This document shows positions 9,555 to 17,881 of a DNA stretch of 53,777 nucleotides, piece after piece. This DNA is from a virus. Lineage: Duplodnaviria > Caudoviricetes. Both the position numbers and the translations under genes were made by a program. Position 1 is the stretch's first letter; every line of letters begins with the position of its first letter. The notes under the pieces were generated by a model. It worked only from the letters and a program-made list of their open reading frames with translations. It was not told the DNA's origin and ran no database searches. The stretch is taken from positions 1-53,777 of the IMG/VR virus record IMGVR_UViG_3300025161_000009; one strand, given 5' to 3'.

Positions 9555-9919
9555 TCTGTCCCAGCCTTTCTTGAGGTGAGTAGCACCCCATCTCCAAGGT
9601 TTATAATGGGTCTGTGCTGGCGCTTTGCTTGCTCTTCATCTGTCCAAGCAGAAGTAGATCGCTGTTTCTGCTTCTCACGGTAGGCAACAACCGCCTGGAC
9701 ATGAGAACAGGCAGACCTTATGTCATGGTCAGGTCTGTACTGACCCCATGGGCAGGAGCAAGTAGCACCCTCGCCTGAAGACAGTACCACAACCCAGTAA
9801 ATACTCCCTGAGGTGCCTGAGATAACCTTGTAGACATTAGCCCCGTTCTCAGGTACTGGGCAAACTGCATGGGTTCTTCCTTTTTTATAAAGTTGTTTAG
9901 CTTGCTTGATAGTTTTCAT
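9551..9919 (-). CDS. SWIM zinc-finger protein
   Basis: Y.V.S...G..Y.V...CSCP...CSH matches the SWIM CxC..CxH pattern. Confidence 0.8.
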   Translation of the reverse strand: MKTIKQAKQLYKKGRTHAVCPVPENGANVYKVISGTSGSIYWVVVLSSGEGATCSCPWGQYRPDHDIRSACSHVQAVVAYREKQKQRSTSAWTDEEQAKRQHRPIINLGDGVLLTSRKAGTE

Positions 9920-10160
9920 AGGACGCTCCCCGGTAGTAATATCCTAAACTAAACAAGGTTAGAATCCTGGGGGGTTACGCTCCGGGTCTACCTTGTCACT
10001 CATGTACCCCCTGCCATTTGGCAGTTCAGTTCCCACTAGACAAGTGTCCCTGTACCCTGCGAGTGGTACACCCCAGGTTGATAATGTAGTAGTACCCCCG
10101 GGTGGGGAACCTCATTTCTGAGGTTCCCCCGCTTAGGAGGCGGGAGTCACTGGGTGACTC

Positions 10161-10227
10161 CTGGGTGCCGGGGAAGAATCGAACTTCCCGTTACTCACCC
10201 TGAGGGTTTTTCCAGAACAGCACCCAG
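10161..10227 (-). ncRNA. tRNA-like element (acceptor stem, T-arm, CCA; no canonical D or anticodon arm)
   Basis: Minus strand reads CTGGGTGCTG...GGGAAG-TTCGATT-CTTCCC-CGGCAC-CCA. Confidence 0.5.
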
Positions 10228-10259
10228 CAGCCACCCAATGGGTGCCTGCCTTGATAAAA

Positions 10260-10490
10260 TTATTCTATTGGGTGAACCTTGACAGATCCCAGAAAAGCAT
10301 CTCCTGTGCCATCCACAAACTGGTCTGCCTTCTGGCATGTTCTAAAAGACATCTGAGCCGCTGCACAGACAACCCGCAAGTCCTCAATAAATTCTGAGTA
10401 CTCAGGGGTCCCAAGTTTAGGACCCCACTTGTGGGCAAAGTCAATTACTGCTACTCCCATAGGATAGTACTTCTCCTTCATTTCTATCAC
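10260..10490 (-). CDS. Hypothetical protein
   Basis: Overlaps the upstream stop; GAGGAG SD. Confidence 0.55.
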   Translation of the reverse strand: MIEMKEKYYPMGVAVIDFAHKWGPKLGTPEYSEFIEDLRVVCAAAQMSFRTCQKADQFVDGTGDAFLGSVKVHPIE

Positions 10491-11161
10491 TCCTCTTCAG
10501 TTAGGTTGGCAAGTTCTTCAAGTTTCTGTATCCATGGATCAAAGGCTGACTGGTCAAGTCCTCTTTCTCCTGCCTTACTCAATGCCTCGATAAGTTTCTT
10601 AGCAGAACTTGAGATCTCCCGGCGCCCGTAGTTCCTAGTAACCTTCCTGGTATGCGCCTCAGCCCGATCTTTTACCTCCTGGATCCTCTTTGCAACCTCC
10701 TTGTCTGCACCCAGCCGCTTGAGGATACCAGTAATGGTCATGACCCCGATTCTCCTCTCCCAGGATGACCCTTCATAGGGTTTCCGTTTGGTCCAGATAG
10801 CGTCTATTGCACTACCCAACTCTGGACCCAGGTGGATGTATCCATGCTTGAAGTCCCCTGCTTCTACAAGTGCATAGAGGGTTACTGGTTTCCTTGGGGG
10901 TTGCAGTTTCTTTAGGTCTTCTACTGCTTTCTTCTCCTCAGGGGTAAGCTCATCCTCCGAGTACCAGAAGTAGAGCTCACGACCGATAACAGCCTCGAGT
11001 GCATCCCACTTCTCTTCCCATGCCTTGCCTGCCTCAGGGTCAATGTAGACCTGGTCACTGCGGTCTACCAGACTCCACTTGTTGGTATTATAGGGGTTAT
11101 TCAGTACAAAGTTTACCATGTCTTCAATAGAATTAAATTCAACAGACTTGTTTCTAGCCAT
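10487..11161 (-). CDS. Hypothetical protein, paralog A of 12778-13419
   Basis: Shares EFN..D..N....NP, DPEAG.AW, ELT.EE, ELG..ID..WTKR and MT...ILKRLG.D with the 12778-13419 product. Confidence 0.8.
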   Translation of the reverse strand: MARNKSVEFNSIEDMVNFVLNNPYNTNKWSLVDRSDQVYIDPEAGKAWEEKWDALEAVIGRELYFWYSEDELTPEEKKAVEDLKKLQPPRKPVTLYALVEAGDFKHGYIHLGPELGSAIDAIWTKRKPYEGSSWERRIGVMTITGILKRLGADKEVAKRIQEVKDRAEAHTRKVTRNYGRREISSSAKKLIEALSKAGERGLDQSAFDPWIQKLEELANLTEEE

Positions 11162-11261
11162 TTTACACCTCCTAAGTGTAATAAAAAGTAGGTTATACCG
11201 GCTTCACACCGGCACAGGGTGGATTTCTCCACCCTTCACAGGTCTGCCTGCCTGTTACAGG
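11162..11261 (-). promoter_or_regulatory. Structured 5' leader, copy 1
   Basis: Homologous to 13420-13520; four hairpins, the last enclosing the AGGAGG SD. Confidence 0.75.
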
Positions 11262-11263
11262 TC

Positions 11264-12754
11264 TTACCAGGTAATAGCCTCATTGGCCAGTTTGTCCAGA
11301 AGTTCTACTTGGGATTCTCTTACCCAGTCAACCATTCTCTGGGTCCTAAGTTCACTAGAGAATGGCCTCCAGACGGTTCCCCACCCTCTAGTTGCTGCTT
11401 CCTCTAGATGAGCTTTAAGATCATCAGGGGTAGGATCTTCTTCCTCGTCCTCCCAATCTGACTCGTGACCCTCAACCACATCTTCAAGTGCCTGCTCTAC
11501 CTTGCGCTCGAACTCTGCCTTGATAGCATTCAGTCGGTCAAACTCCCTTAGAAGTCCCTGGTAGTAGTGGTTCCTGTTGATAATCTCTGAGGTAACCATA
11601 TTTACTGCCTTCCTACTATCTGCAGTGCACTCCTCACGTAACTTGGATACAATATACTCAAATGGAACCACCCGCATAAGGGCATCAGCTATCAAGGTGT
11701 AGTAATCCCGGGTTCTAAGTGCTTCAACTTCAAACCCGTGAGGTGTGCTATCCTTGGACAAGCTCACTGGATCACCACATTCTGGACAATGGTGACCATC
11801 CCTGCCTTCAATTGAAAACTCAGTTCTACAGTTCTGGCAAGTTGACTTGTAGATCGCCTTCACCTCAGCCCAGTCTTGGTACCCTTTGTTACTAACCTTG
11901 ATGCTGTACCAGGCATCTTCCCAGGTGCGTCCAACATTCAGAACATCTTCTGGTTCAATCCCTATCCGTGCCTCGTAGATGTAATCTGAGTAGCGGGTGC
12001 ACTGCTCACCAAAGGTAGGACCGATGACTGCCTCACCATCATAGTCGTAGTCACTAATGTGAAGTACGACTAGAGGTGTGCCCGTAGTAAACGGGTTATT
12101 CCATTCTGACCAACCAAACGCCTCACGCAGGACTTTCTCAATCGCTGCCTTGCTGCTCTTGCCCTTACCTGAGTAAAGTGCTCTAGCACCAATTGCCTCT
12201 GCCGCTGCCTTGAAGTCCTCAAAGAGTGAGTCCTTTTCCACGCAGATCATCAGATTTAGCCCCTCGAATAGAGGTCTCCAGATCCTTTCAACCATCCGGG
12301 AAGCATCCTCGACCCATAAGTCCTTGTAAGTCACTTCCCCAGAGTCAACCAGTTCTGCATAAGTCTGGCTCAACCGGGATACCCAGTCATCATCCGTGAT
12401 CTCTTTGACACCTTGGGAGTTGACAATGTAGTCACCCAATTGCATCGCTAGGGGTTGAGCAACTTCTGACTTGAAGTAACTGTACCAATGACGGCGTAGT
12501 GCCTTGGGTCTTCCATCGCCCTCAGGGCCCCCTTGTTTATCGAATACTGCCATCTGGCAGATAACTGCCACTCTGCAAACTGCTACCCGGTTGAAGCCAG
12601 GTAGTGACTTGTACTTCTCAACAAAGTCAGAATCCTTGAGTGCCCTGGTAACTGGATTGTAGAGTCCTGTATGAAATCCATCCCATGCACCTGGTATCTC
12701 AGAGAGAAGTCTGCGTCCAAAGTTATCTAATTGGTTATACCAACTGGTAGTCAT
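11264..12754 (-). CDS. Spo11/TopoVIA/JetD-like TOPRIM protein with Zn-ribbon insertion
   Basis: LRRHWY (aligns with the winged-helix R..YY), ICVEKD, GKG.SS, SDYDYDG (DxD) and EVEAL motifs; CQNC...CPEC insertion. Confidence 0.7.
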   Translation of the reverse strand: MTTSWYNQLDNFGRRLLSEIPGAWDGFHTGLYNPVTRALKDSDFVEKYKSLPGFNRVAVCRVAVICQMAVFDKQGGPEGDGRPKALRRHWYSYFKSEVAQPLAMQLGDYIVNSQGVKEITDDDWVSRLSQTYAELVDSGEVTYKDLWVEDASRMVERIWRPLFEGLNLMICVEKDSLFEDFKAAAEAIGARALYSGKGKSSKAAIEKVLREAFGWSEWNNPFTTGTPLVVLHISDYDYDGEAVIGPTFGEQCTRYSDYIYEARIGIEPEDVLNVGRTWEDAWYSIKVSNKGYQDWAEVKAIYKSTCQNCRTEFSIEGRDGHHCPECGDPVSLSKDSTPHGFEVEALRTRDYYTLIADALMRVVPFEYIVSKLREECTADSRKAVNMVTSEIINRNHYYQGLLREFDRLNAIKAEFERKVEQALEDVVEGHESDWEDEEEDPTPDDLKAHLEEAATRGWGTVWRPFSSELRTQRMVDWVRESQVELLDKLANEAITW

Positions 12755-12777
12755 CTCTGCCTCCTAAGCAAGAAATT

Positions 12778-13419
12778 TTACTCGTCTTCTAGGTTTTCTG
12801 GATTGGTCAGTGAAAATTCCAGAGTTAGTCCTAAGTTCCTAGCCTTCTCGACCTCAAGGAGTAGCTCGGCATAAAGGTTCCGTATCCGGGCCCTTTGAGC
12901 ATTCCGCAAATCTTTCTTCTGAGTAGCCTCGATCTTCTCCTGGGACTCTTTCAATTTCTCAGACAGTCCAGAATCCAACCCCAGTCGCTTCAGGATACTT
13001 GGAAGGGTCATTGCCTGGGACCGCTTTGTCCAGAAACTGTCAATCAAGGCTCCTAACTCATCAGACAGGTTAATCACTATCGGCCGGTACATAGTAGCTT
13101 CTGAATGTTCTAAACGGTAATGAGTAACCTCGTGCTTTGCAGGCATCCTCTGGACCAGTTGAGACAACTGGTTGCGCTCCTCTTCAGTTAACTCAGTATC
13201 CCAAGACCACAGAAAGCGCTTACTACCGTCTGGTCCAGGAGGCAGGTTGTCTTGCATTGCGTTGTATTCTTCAGTCCAAGCATTGCCTGCCTCTGGGTCT
13301 TTCCATTCCATAGAGTGGTAGGTGAGTACCTTCCACTTCATCTCAGAACGGGAAGGGTTCTCAATCAGGTAGTTGATAATGTCATCAGTTGTATTGAATT
13401 CTTTCGGTTTAGTAATCAT
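12778..13419 (-). CDS. Hypothetical protein, paralog B of 10487-11161
   Basis: True start is ATG 13419 after AGGAGG (MITKPKEFN...); aligns with paralog A. Confidence 0.8.
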   Translation of the reverse strand: MITKPKEFNTTDDIINYLIENPSRSEMKWKVLTYHSMEWKDPEAGNAWTEEYNAMQDNLPPGPDGSKRFLWSWDTELTEEERNQLSQLVQRMPAKHEVTHYRLEHSEATMYRPIVINLSDELGALIDSFWTKRSQAMTLPSILKRLGLDSGLSEKLKESQEKIEATQKKDLRNAQRARIRNLYAELLLEVEKARNLGLTLEFSLTNPENLEDE

Positions 13420-13520
13420 CTCACACCTCCTAAGTGTGGAATAGAATTTGCCGGCTTCACACCGGAACAGGCAAGAGGAGTAATTTCCTCTTACCTTCAC
13501 AGGGTACTGCCTGTTACAGG
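13420..13520 (-). promoter_or_regulatory. Structured 5' leader, copy 2
   Basis: Homologous to 11162-11261, with a different but still paired central stem. Confidence 0.75.
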
Positions 13521-13880
13521 TAATAAGAAATTGCCGTTTAGGATCCTATGATCCAAGGTGGGTGCTCGACTAGCAGGAGTTGCCCATTTACTACGCCCAG
13601 AACCGTTCTGGTCTGCCACTAGCGCTTGTAGCCAACCTTTCTGGCTACCTAGTGCACCTTTCAATTACTTTACTCCGTCTGCCCACCCAAACGTAAGTTC
13701 AGACCTTGCCTTTGAGGTAGGTCCTCCCTGCTACCAGCACCCTTGTGCTTTTTACCCCTCAGACCATATTCTGTGCCCATATCTGGTCTTCTAGACTGGT
13801 GCCTTGCCCCAGGTTGTACCCGTCAGGCTCGCTTACAGTAAGAGGGGGGTTTCAGGTGGTTTGTTAAGGTTCAGAAAAAC
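13521..13880 (-). ncRNA. Candidate large structured RNA / long early leader
   Basis: No credible ORF; nested stems (13617-13654, 13597-13611, 13761-13789) and long-range pairs (13571-13579/13724-13733). Confidence 0.45.
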
Positions 13881-13884
13881 AGTA

Positions 13885-14015
13885 GGTTATATATATGATA
13901 TTTGAAATACCTATTTAGTATATTAAAGTCCGATTAATCTAAGATTAGAAAATTCTAATATTTTAATCTAATCACCCCTAAAAGCTTAGAGCAAGATTAG
14001 AAAATACTTGAAAGA
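13885..14015 (-). promoter_or_regulatory. AT-rich control region (probable early promoter/operators)
   Basis: Very AT-rich; repeated AAGATTAGAAAAT and AATCT/AGATT boxes. Confidence 0.5.
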
Positions 14016-14360
14016 TTAAAAACCCTCCTTTCTGAACCTTTTTTCCAGTGATTCCAAGGTAGTCCACCAAGTAAGACTTGTATCTAGTGACTGTATCTTT
14101 ACTTTAGTTCCTGATACAGCTAGAATGGTATACCTCTTGCCCGACTTGGAGTTCACCCAAGTAGACCCTACCATAGACATCCTGACATTAACCAATGGCT
14201 CAAACCTGTATATACAAGGACCATTAGACGGGGACAATCTCAACCAGTCAGAAGGTTGATAATCCTTCCTTGAGTACCTTACCAGAACCATAGTTCCATC
14301 AGGGGACACCCCAGAGATTACTGCCGGTCCTACTGGAGTAACTATAGATTTGCCAATCAA
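14016..14360 (-). CDS. Hypothetical protein
   Basis: AAGGAG SD before a TTG start. Confidence 0.6.
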   Translation of the reverse strand: MIGKSIVTPVGPAVISGVSPDGTMVLVRYSRKDYQPSDWLRLSPSNGPCIYRFEPLVNVRMSMVGSTWVNSKSGKRYTILAVSGTKVKIQSLDTSLTWWTTLESLEKRFRKEGF

Positions 14361-14373
14361 TGTCTACTCCTTT

Positions 14374-14444
14374 CTAAAGGGAAGGTCCTTTCATTTAATA
14401 ACACTTTATCCATATCCTAAAGGGAAGGCCCTTTCATCTAATAA
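14374..14444. repeat. 28-bp direct repeat pair with internal dyad
   Basis: ctaaagggaagg(t/c)cctttcat(t/c)taataa at 14374-14401 and 14417-14444. Confidence 0.85.
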
Positions 14445-14504
14445 TATAAAATATTATAACCTAGTAACCTTCTAGATACTTAAGAGAGCAATTAGAATTT
14501 TATG

Positions 14505-14543
14505 AAAAAAGACCTCCCCTGAAGAAAAGTTCTAGGGGAGGTC
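14505..14543 (-). terminator. Rho-independent terminator ending the structural operon
   Basis: 10-bp GC-rich stem 14511-14520/14534-14543 followed by T6 on the minus strand. Confidence 0.85.
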
Positions 14544-14560
14544 AAACCTGGAGGGAGTAT

Positions 14561-14899
14561 TCACTTTGGACTCCTAGGAGGGGGTTTCCAACACGGAACG
14601 GCATCCAGACTTTTCAATTGGGTAGTTAGACTATCTATACCCTCATATAGTACATCCACAAGGTCCCTACAGTCCTTGAAGTCATTGAGGACGTCTCTCA
14701 ACTGGTCAACTGTAGTATCAGCAAGTAGGGCATACTTAGAAATGGTATCCAGATCTGCTTGTCTTATCTCCCTAGGGGTCATCCTAGCAGACTTATAGAC
14801 AAGTAAGAAGGTAAGAACCACAGAAAGTAGGGTTCCCAGTATTCCTCCCCAGTCCTTGATAATCTCAACGGTCATCCAAGGTAGTCCTTTTGACTGCAA
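14561..14899 (-). CDS. Membrane-anchored coiled-coil protein (lysis-accessory/holin-like)
   Basis: One N-terminal TM plus coiled coil; last gene of the tail operon; start may be MTVE. Confidence 0.55.
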   Translation of the reverse strand: MQSKGLPWMTVEIIKDWGGILGTLLSVVLTFLLVYKSARMTPREIRQADLDTISKYALLADTTVDQLRDVLNDFKDCRDLVDVLYEGIDSLTTQLKSLDAVPCWKPPPRSPK

Positions 14900-15179
14900 T
14901 AATGGTAGAAGCGAAGATAAGGGCCAGGGTTATGGAGATAGCAGGTAGTACAAAGGTTGAGGAGAACTCCTTAGTAAATACAGTAACTGGAGGTTTCACT
15001 ATTACTAAGAAGTATAGCACCGCCCAGTAAAGCCCGATTATACTGTAAGCTAACCGTATCCATTTATACCCATTTAGACCCCCTTGTCTCATTAGGATAT
15101 ATAATCTTAACTGGTGGAAGAAAATCCCCAACCCTAGAACTACATTGATAATTCTTTGGAAGTCATCCAGAAGTTCCAT
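14865..15179 (-). CDS. 3-TM membrane protein (holin-like)
   Basis: Three hydrophobic segments. Confidence 0.55.
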   Translation of the reverse strand: MELLDDFQRIINVVLGLGIFFHQLRLYILMRQGGLNGYKWIRLAYSIIGLYWAVLYFLVIVKPPVTVFTKEFSSTFVLPAISITLALIFASTIIAVKRTTLDDR

Positions 15180-15196
15180 TAACTTATCCTTTCTTT

Positions 15197-15928
15197 CTAA
15201 AAGGCTACAGATTGCCCGAATACCACTCCATTCAATCTAACTGCATAGATCCCAGTAACTTTAGACCATGTACCCCCTACAAAGTCCAGGGTGTCCCCGT
15301 TAGGGACAGATGTAGTTTTAGTTTGAGCAGTAGAAAGAGCAAAGGCAGAACTACTAGCAGTTGAACCTAACCCGAACCCGGCAGAGTTCTGGCATTGTAT
15401 GACCACCCAGTAAACCCCAGGGTCTAATACTACTGGTACACCCCCTACTACTAAACTAGTCCTAGTAGATGCAACTGAGGGGGTAAAGATCTCTTGAGTA
15501 CCCCGTAGTACTCTCCTTAGTGTATTCTCAGATGCATCTCCTAGATTAGTATCTTGGACATAGACATCCCAACACCACGCTCTTTCTACAGATGTATTGG
15601 TATTCCTTACAGAACAGGAGATCACCTTTAACTTTGAATTAACCTCAAAGGGAATAGCAATACTGCCTCCATTTGCAGGGAGTGTTAGAGTAGTCGTAAA
15701 AGCAGCAGATGGACTCCAGTGGGTAGGTAGGGAATATGGGTTCCATCCTCCAGGAGAGGTAGGGGAGGAAGTGCCTGAGATCTCAACCCATGAGGATTTA
15801 AGTGAACTATATACCCACATAGTGTCAGTATCAGTACAAAAAAAGGTAGACCCATCAGGTACAGGAGACATGGCAATTCTCTCTGAGTTAGTCCCTATAT
15901 AAGATGAGCTAGGTGTTACACTCTTCAT
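15197..15928 (-). CDS. Tail-tip / fibre-associated protein
   Basis: Beta-rich S/T/G composition; N-terminal DGS.F..TDT motif; tail context. Confidence 0.55.
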   Translation of the reverse strand: MKSVTPSSSYIGTNSERIAMSPVPDGSTFFCTDTDTMWVYSSLKSSWVEISGTSSPTSPGGWNPYSLPTHWSPSAAFTTTLTLPANGGSIAIPFEVNSKLKVISCSVRNTNTSVERAWCWDVYVQDTNLGDASENTLRRVLRGTQEIFTPSVASTRTSLVVGGVPVVLDPGVYWVVIQCQNSAGFGLGSTASSSAFALSTAQTKTTSVPNGDTLDFVGGTWSKVTGIYAVRLNGVVFGQSVAF

Positions 15929-15931
15929 ACT

Positions 15932-16723
15932 CTAAACTCCATAAAGTGCCCGTGTCTGTTGATAATAGTTACTAATTACTGAGTCACTCAAGGCACTAGC
16001 ACATAAGTAGACAAGGCTCGCTCTACCTGTAAAAAGCCCCTGGGCACCATTTGAGTAAGCCCCTACATTCAACTGAGTTGTACTATTGAAAATAGATGCA
16101 GGGATTCCAACTAGGTTAGTAGTTTTTACCCCATTGACCCAGATTGCTAACTCAGAAGAGGGGGTAAACCTTCCTGTATAGAATATCCATGTACCCAAAG
16201 CAATTGGTTCTGTAGATGTAACAACTGTCGTAGCAGTTCCGTCTATGGATATCATAAACTGAGCCTGGTTAGAGGCACTTAGAGTTAGAAGGTATGATCT
16301 TTGGGCTATCAAGTTAGTCCACTTGCCTATTAGACCCTGAGATACATTCTGAGCACTCCTGTAAAACCAACCTCCTAGGGTTAATCCCTTGAGTGCTATA
16401 TATGACTCTGTACCCAGTATGTCTAAGCCTGCCTCATCTGACCGGGACAGAAAGTCTCCAACTCCATCAAAGGCAATATACGGTGCTAAACCTGCGGTAC
16501 CATAGACAGGATTACCATTGTAGGTAAGGGTTTTCCCCAAACCAGAGGAGTCTATGGCAGCCCCTGATGAGTCGACTGCTCCCATTGACCAGAAACCCCT
16601 AAGACCTGTCATCATTAGACCTGTAGGGATAGAGTTCTCACAGGCAAAGTTAGGCTCATACTTTCTCTGGAACTCCCCCTGGAGCATATCTAACATCTCA
16701 TCATTTCTACCTGAGTAGGGCAT
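15932..16723 (-). CDS. LamG / concanavalin-A-like tail protein
   Basis: T...WF, W.F..G.F, IWVNG and L.VGA....F.G LamG pattern. Confidence 0.8.
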   Translation of the reverse strand: MPYSGRNDEMLDMLQGEFQRKYEPNFACENSIPTGLMMTGLRGFWSMGAVDSSGAAIDSSGLGKTLTYNGNPVYGTAGLAPYIAFDGVGDFLSRSDEAGLDILGTESYIALKGLTLGGWFYRSAQNVSQGLIGKWTNLIAQRSYLLTLSASNQAQFMISIDGTATTVVTSTEPIALGTWIFYTGRFTPSSELAIWVNGVKTTNLVGIPASIFNSTTQLNVGAYSNGAQGLFTGRASLVYLCASALSDSVISNYYQQTRALYGV

Positions 16724-17881
16724 TTAGTTTCCTCTAACTTGCAACTTTGCAATTATCTGCCTTAGTTTATCTTTCTGAGACCCCACAGTAGACCAGGACC
16801 AAGGGGCAGTGTACTGCACCTCTTCAATAAAGAAGTACCTAGGGTCAACTTCCATCTCACTTAGTGAGTCAGTTCCTCTACCTAGTAACCAGTCCTTGGT
16901 AAAGACCCACTCACCAGGCTCTAGATTCCAAGGCTCTACTTCCAATTGATTAGATGACTCTAGTAACTGGTTGTCGGTAATAGAATAAACGTACCGGCAG
17001 TCATACGGAGGAGGTGCCTTATAGTAGTAAACTTTTCTGTTAGCAAGAACTTTGAAAATATACCGCTCATTTGAGGAGTCACCTAGAGACACCAGTGTCT
17101 TAACAAGAGACTCCTCGGATCTGTCTTCATCTTCCCACTGAGGCACCTGTAATGGATTTGGAGCAATACTCCCAATGGTTAGTATAGAATTCGGGTCAGA
17201 GTTTATAATTTGAGTTAGTTTAGAAGATACTGAGGTCAACCCTCCTACTTTATAGTTGTATGGGTTGAATTTAAGGTACTCATAATACCCTTTTAGCCTA
17301 AGAGTTATTACAGGATCTACTACTCTGGGACTAAGGGACCCACTAACTCTAGGGTCCTTGAAGGCCCTTAAATAAGCATCCCTGTATCTCAGAGCATTAC
17401 TCTCAGTTACACCTCCCACAGAAAGCAACTTGGTTATTACCCCATACTTACTCTGGGAGGACAGATCAGAGTTGTAAGAAGTTCTAGTCCTAACCCCTAA
17501 AATAGGTGGATCAACAGATGTATCAATGGTAGAGTAGATTACTGAAACCCTATTAGCAATGGATGAGAGGGGTCCTCTTGACTGGCTTAAACCTCCTACT
17601 GAGATGTCTACTATATCCACAAAGCCATTGAAAATACAGTTAGCAGACGAGTCATATATTTCTATATCCCTACCAATACCAAGCTCAAACCAGTCCTCTA
17701 GGTCCACTTGAGAACAGTTCAAGGTGAGGGTAGCCTCTATCCAACCTCCTTGGGCAGACTTTTTATGGGAGTATCCAGTTATCTCATCTTTAAGTGTATA
17801 TAGAAAGGTACTACCCTGGAAGATAGGTATACTTACCGAGGCAGACAACCCGATGGATCGCCAAAGTGAGGGAGTTGTCAT
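16724..17881 (-). CDS. Baseplate hub / Tal-like tail protein
   Basis: IFNGFV and D..SQSKYG motifs; position after the Dit-like gene. Confidence 0.6.
   Translation of the reverse strand: MTTPSLWRSIGLSASVSIPIFQGSTFLYTLKDEITGYSHKKSAQGGWIEATLTLNCSQVDLEDWFELGIGRDIEIYDSSANCIFNGFVDIVDISVGGLSQSRGPLSSIANRVSVIYSTIDTSVDPPILGVRTRTSYNSDLSSQSKYGVITKLLSVGGVTESNALRYRDAYLRAFKDPRVSGSLSPRVVDPVITLRLKGYYEYLKFNPYNYKVGGLTSVSSKLTQIINSDPNSILTIGSIAPNPLQVPQWEDEDRSEESLVKTLVSLGDSSNERYIFKVLANRKVYYYKAPPPYDCRYVYSITDNQLLESSNQLEVEPWNLEPGEWVFTKDWLLGRGTDSLSEMEVDPRYFFIEEVQYTAPWSWSTVGSQKDKLRQIIAKLQVRGN

Noticed and set aside
10100-10161. HDV-like (theta) ribozyme after the tRNA-like CCA (CGC-CUCCUAA-GCG resembles P3/L3)
   Set aside because: The would-be P1 3' strand lies before P3 rather than after it, so the topology does not fit.
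10161-10227. Canonical tRNA gene
   Set aside because: Too short, with no D-arm or 7-nt anticodon loop; kept only as tRNA-like.
11162-11261. Leader as a twister ribozyme (GCCGGU-NNN-AAGCCGG resemblance)
   Set aside because: The P4 register does not give the 8-nt twister loop, and the downstream GAG-plus-pseudoknot strand is missing.
13420-13500. N-terminal extension of the 240-aa ORF as called in the track
   Set aside because: It overlaps the conserved leader; the SD and paralog alignment place the start at 13419.
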